Below, one piece after another: positions 60,663 to 64,000 of a stretch of DNA of 64,000 bases (its first letter is position 1; each line of letters opens with the position of its first letter). The DNA is from an uncultured delta proteobacterium. GTDB lineage: Bacteria; Desulfobacterota; GWC2-55-46. The notes beneath the pieces are model-generated. The model saw nothing but the letters and a program-made list of their open reading frames with translations, did no database searches and was not told the DNA's origin. Made by a program: the position numbers and the translations under genes. The stretch spans positions 73,683 through 137,682 of the forward strand of contig CAVSHY010000019.1 of NCBI GenBank assembly GCA_963727865.1, read 5' to 3'.

Positions 60663-61049
60663 CTACTGAATCTCGACCTTCGCGCCGGCGCTCTCGACCT
60701 GCTTTTTGATCTTCTCGGCTTCGTCCTTCGAAACGCCTTCCTTAAGGGTCTTCGGGGCGCCCTCGACGAGGTCCTTCGCTTCCTTAAGGCCGAGGCCCGT
60801 TATCGCCCTTACTTCCTTGATGACCTTTATCTTCTCGGCTCCTGTCTCCTTCAGGATCACGTTAAACTCCGTCTTCTCGGCCGCCGCCGGGGCCGCTCCG
60901 CCCGCAGGGGCGCCCGCCGCCGCTACCGCAACAGGGGCCGCCGCTGAAACTCCGAACTTTGTCTCAAGTTCCTTTACGAGTCCAGCGAGTTCCAGCACCG
61001 ACATGCTCTCAATATATTTTATAACGTCTTCTTTCTTTAAGTCCGCCAT
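60663..61049 (-). CDS. rplL: 50S ribosomal protein L7/L12
   Basis: 128 aa. Ala-rich hinge and C-terminal ...[15 protein letters not shown]. Confidence 0.95.
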   Translation of the reverse strand: MADLKKEDVIKYIESMSVLELAGLVKELETKFGVSAAAPVAVAAAGAPAGGAAPAAAEKTEFNVILKETGAEKIKVIKEVRAITGLGLKEAKDLVEGAPKTLKEGVSKDEAEKIKKQVESAGAKVEIQ

Positions 61050-61109
61050 CTCAATCCTCCTCTTGGGTTTTATCCATTATTAATGTCTGTACTTTGACCT
61101 TTAATGCTT

Positions 61110-61643
61110 CTAAGACGACTTCTGCCCGGCCTGCTTCTGAATGGCGCTCAGGACATAAACGAACTTTCTCGGAACTCCGCTCAGGACCCTGACGAGTCCG
61201 GATGCCGGTGATTTCAAGGAACCAAGGAACTTACTCAGGAGCACTTCTCTCGGCGGAAGTTCCGCAAGCCCTTTTATCTCATCGAGACTTATGATCTTAG
61301 CCCCAAGGGTACCCATCCTGATCTTAAGGCTCGGTGTGTCTTTGGCGAACTGCGTCAACGCTTTCGCGGCCTGCGCGGGGTCCTTGTAGCTGAAGGCTAT
61401 GGCCGTAGGTCCGGTAAGATGCTCTGATATATGCTCGACCGGGGTGCCTTTTATGGCCAGCCTTGCCATGGTGTTCCTGACAATTTTCAAGTCAATCGAG
61501 GCGTCCCTGAGGGTCTTTCTGAACTCATTCATTTCAACGGCCTTTATGCCCTTGTATTCGGCTATGAATGTCGCCTTCGCCCTCGTGAACTTGTCCTGGA
61601 CATCCGCTACGAGTTTCTCTTTCCGCTGCCTGTCGAATTTCAT
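61110..61643 (-). CDS. rplJ: 50S ribosomal protein L10
   Basis: 177 aa. L10 pattern; precedes rplL. Confidence 0.9.
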   Translation of the reverse strand: MKFDRQRKEKLVADVQDKFTRAKATFIAEYKGIKAVEMNEFRKTLRDASIDLKIVRNTMARLAIKGTPVEHISEHLTGPTAIAFSYKDPAQAAKALTQFAKDTPSLKIRMGTLGAKIISLDEIKGLAELPPREVLLSKFLGSLKSPASGLVRVLSGVPRKFVYVLSAIQKQAGQKSS

Positions 61644-61864
61644 TGTCCCTATCCCTCCTTTCCGTCTCTATTAATCAGAGACAGAGAGAACATGAGCATA
61701 AAAAGCGTAAGGCGCACCGGAAGAACTCCCGCACGCGCGTGATTCAACGCTTCAATTACCATGGTCTCGGTAGGATTTTTAAGCGCCCGGCTTTTTTAAA
61801 GCGCGCGGCCCCTACTGTCTCTGACCTTACGACTTATTTAACAAATTAAAATTATATAAATTAT

Positions 61865-61914
61865 CCGCCCCTATCCTCCCCCCACTCGCCTCCCCCTCAG
61901 CCCCCATCCGCCCC
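61865..61914. repeat. C-rich tract (G4/G5/G5/G6/G4 on mRNA strand) in rplA-rplJ spacer
   Basis: Minus strand reads ACGGGGCGGATGGGGGCTGAGGGGGAGGCGAGTGGGGGGAGGATAGGGGCGG. Confidence 0.6.
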
Positions 61915-61930
61915 GTTACTTTCCGGCGGA

Positions 61931-62626
61931 CTATTTGAACATATTCCTTACTTCAACGGGATTGAGCCTGATGCTCGGGCCCATCGTGGTTGAGATAAAG
62001 AGGCTCCTCAGGTATATGCCCTTGCTTGAAGCGGGCTTCGCCTTGATAATAGCGTCCATCAGGGCCAAAAAATTTTCTTTTAACTTTTCCGGGCCGAAAG
62101 ACGCCTTTCCCACCGGGACATGGATGTTGCCAGCCTTGTCGACCCTGAATTCCACCTTGCCGGCCTTAAGATCCGACACAGCCTTTTTTACGTCGAAGGT
62201 AACGGTCCCGAGCTTGGGGTTAGGCATGAGCCCTCTGGGCCCGAGGACCTTGCCGAGTTTACCGACGGCGCCCATCATATCAGGGGTGGCCACCACCGCG
62301 TCGAATTCCAACCAGCCCTTGTTCACCTTATCAATAAAGTCTTCAGCCCCGATAAAATCAGCCCCCGCCTCTTTAGCCTCCGCCCCTTTTTCACCCTTGG
62401 CGAAAACGAGCACTCTGACCTTTTTTCCTATGCCGTGCGGCAGGACCACTGTCCCTCTGACCATCTGCTCAGGGTGCTTTGGGTCGACCCCGAGGCGTCC
62501 TGATACCTCAACGGTCTCATCGAACTTCGCGCATACGGTTTCAGGCACGATCTTAAACCCGTTTTCCAGTTCGTAACTGCGGTTTTCTTCAACCTTGGCT
62601 TTCGCCGCTTCGTATTTTTTTCCCAT
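61931..62626 (-). CDS. rplA: 50S ribosomal protein L1
   Basis: 231 aa. L1 pattern ([10 protein letters not shown]). Confidence 0.95.
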   Translation of the reverse strand: MGKKYEAAKAKVEENRSYELENGFKIVPETVCAKFDETVEVSGRLGVDPKHPEQMVRGTVVLPHGIGKKVRVLVFAKGEKGAEAKEAGADFIGAEDFIDKVNKGWLEFDAVVATPDMMGAVGKLGKVLGPRGLMPNPKLGTVTFDVKKAVSDLKAGKVEFRVDKAGNIHVPVGKASFGPEKLKENFLALMDAIIKAKPASSKGIYLRSLFISTTMGPSIRLNPVEVRNMFK

Positions 62627-62630
62627 TTGA

Positions 62631-63056
62631 CTAACCCTCCACCGTAATTCCCATGCTTCTCGCGGTGCCTTCGATAGTTTTTATGGCCGCTTCCAGGCTC
62701 CCGGCTGTAATATCGGGCATCTTAAGCTTCGCTATATCTTCCACCTGCTTTTTACTGACCTTCCCGACCTTGTCCTTGTTAGGAGCGGCTGAACCCTTCT
62801 CAATACCGGCGGCTTTCCTGAGGAGCACCGAGGCCGGCGGGGTCTTGGTTATAAAGGAGAACGACCTGTCGGCGTAAACGGTTATAACAACGGGTATAAC
62901 CATGCCTTCCTGAGACTGGGTCCTGGCGTTGAAGGTCTTGCAGAATTCCATTATGTTTACGCCGTGCTGTCCAAGGGCAGGGCCTACCGGAGGAGACGGG
63001 TTGGCCTTCCCGGCCGGTATCTGCAGTTTAATCTGTCCTGTTATCTTTTTTGCCAT
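62631..63056 (-). CDS. rplK: 50S ribosomal protein L11
   Basis: 141 aa. [32 protein letters not shown]. Confidence 0.95.
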   Translation of the reverse strand: MAKKITGQIKLQIPAGKANPSPPVGPALGQHGVNIMEFCKTFNARTQSQEGMVIPVVITVYADRSFSFITKTPPASVLLRKAAGIEKGSAAPNKDKVGKVSKKQVEDIAKLKMPDITAGSLEAAIKTIEGTARSMGITVEG

Positions 63057-63097
63057 GTCAACTACCTCTCTGTCCTTACCGGTTTATTTATTAATCC

Positions 63098-63628
63098 TCA
63101 GGCCTTTTCGACCTGTACAAATTCGAGTTCAACGGGTGTCGCCCTTCCGAATATGCTCACAAGCACTCTCAGTTTACCCTTTTCCGGCTTGACCTCTTCC
63201 ACTATCCCCGCAAAGTTCGTGAAAGGCCCGTCCACGACCCTGATGTTTTCTCCGCGCTCGAAGAGCACCTTGGGTTTCGGCCTGACGGCGCCTTCCTCCA
63301 TCTGCTTTGTAATCTTGCGGACCTCTTCCTCGGATATCGTGGGAGGAGCCTCCTGCCCGCCGACAAAGCCGGTTACTTTCGGGATCCCCTTTACAATATG
63401 CCAGGTCTCGTCATTAAGCTCCATGTTTATCAGTATATATCCGGGGAAAAACTTCCTTGAAGTCGTCCTCTTTACCCCCTTAATCATATCTACGACCTTC
63501 TCTGAAGGCACGAGTATCGCGCCGAAAAGGTCCTCTCTTCCGGTGCCCTTTACCTTCTCCTCGAGGGCCGATTTAACCTTGTTTTCATACCCTGAATAGG
63601 TATGTACGACATACCACTTTTTTGCCAT
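63098..63628 (-). CDS. nusG: Transcription termination/antitermination factor NusG
   Basis: 176 aa. KWYVVHTYSGYENKV; C-terminal KOW domain. Confidence 0.95.
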   Translation of the reverse strand: MAKKWYVVHTYSGYENKVKSALEEKVKGTGREDLFGAILVPSEKVVDMIKGVKRTTSRKFFPGYILINMELNDETWHIVKGIPKVTGFVGGQEAPPTISEEEVRKITKQMEEGAVRPKPKVLFERGENIRVVDGPFTNFAGIVEEVKPEKGKLRVLVSIFGRATPVELEFVQVEKA

Positions 63629-63634
63629 ATTACC

Positions 63635-63826
63635 TCATTTTATAACGTATGTGACGAGCTTCGAAAGCACAAGATCGACCAATCCTAAAAATATCGCCAG
63701 CACGAACGTGACGACGAATACCACCCATGTCGATGTAATAGTCTGCTGTTTGGAAGGCCAGCTGACTTTTTTGAGCTCCTGCCTGGCCTCCGCGAAGAAC
63801 TGCTTCGCTTTTTCAATTTTTTCCAT
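63635..63826 (-). CDS. secE: Preprotein translocase subunit SecE
   Basis: 63 aa. ...ELKKVSWPSKQQT followed by a single TM helix. Lies upstream of nusG. Confidence 0.85.
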   Translation of the reverse strand: MEKIEKAKQFFAEARQELKKVSWPSKQQTITSTWVVFVVTFVLAIFLGLVDLVLSKLVTYVIK

Positions 63827-63893
63827 TTTTATGTTAATCCTGTGTAGTAAGAGTTTGAATCCGTCCGTAACAGTCAGCCCAACTTAATAAAAA

Positions 63894-63955
63894 CCTGCCA
63901 ACCCACCTGTATACAAACCCGCCTGCGTACCCAATCCCCCTTCCCCCTGTATACC
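63894..63955. repeat. C-rich tract with CCTGTATAC repeats (G5/G5/G3/G3/G3 on mRNA strand) upstream of secE
   Basis: Minus strand reads GTATACAGGGGGAAGGGGGATTGGGTACGCAGGCGGGTTTGTATACAGGTGGG. Confidence 0.55.
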
Positions 63956-64000
63956 TACATTAACTCTTCGGTGTGTCCACAGAACCGGGGTAAGCGCAAC

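Noticed and set aside
63841-63900. tRNA (for example tRNA-Trp) suggested by GAGTTTGAATCC, which resembles a T-arm.
   Set aside because: The flanking bases cannot form the 5-bp T-stem, the loop lacks the conserved TTC, and no acceptor or anticodon arms can be drawn.

Overview
Bacterial chromosomal window. I cannot place the lineage from sequence alone.

Layout, left to right:
- 1-5.6 kb: minus-strand housekeeping genes (pmbA/tldD-like fragment, GNAT, recN, nadK, Zn-ADH, LsrF-like aldolase).
- 5.6-7.35 kb: a visibly AT-rich, opposite-strand island with a NosD-like beta-helix surface protein and a 4-TM protein.
- 7.35-22 kb: a nitrate-respiration locus on the minus strand. It holds a membrane-anchored monoheme cytochrome c translationally coupled to narGHJI, and a separately transcribed narK with an ~85-aa loop insertion. 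Downstream sits a cassette of unknown-function Cys-rich and di-iron proteins: two DUF2769-like paralogues, a DUF2299-like gene and a hemerythrin-domain protein. Upstream is a 1.7-kb almost non-coding divergent control region, then a second, disrupted narK-like gene and uspA.
- 22.7-31 kb: ABC-F ATPase, HIT, DUF4337-like, ispG, pabB/pabC, a GAF-GGDEF cyclase and a lipoprotein.
- 31-64 kb: one uninterrupted minus-strand run, secE-nusG-rplKAJL-rpoBC-rpsLG-fusA-tuf-S10-spc-alpha. rpmJ is missing from the ORF track and I recovered it by hand.

Two window-wide patterns:
- At least six ORFs are interrupted by small indels, including the essential genes adk and rplX. Assembly indel error is therefore likely, and every pseudogene call here needs read-level confirmation.
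- A family of C-rich tracts, always C-rich on the + strand, sits in unusually long spacers of the ribosomal operons. On the minus-strand mRNA these are G-tract, G-quadruplex-like sequences. One copy lies in-frame inside pabC, and one spacer carries a 4-copy 21-nt tandem repeat.

I found no rRNA, tRNA, CRISPR array or recognisable transposase.
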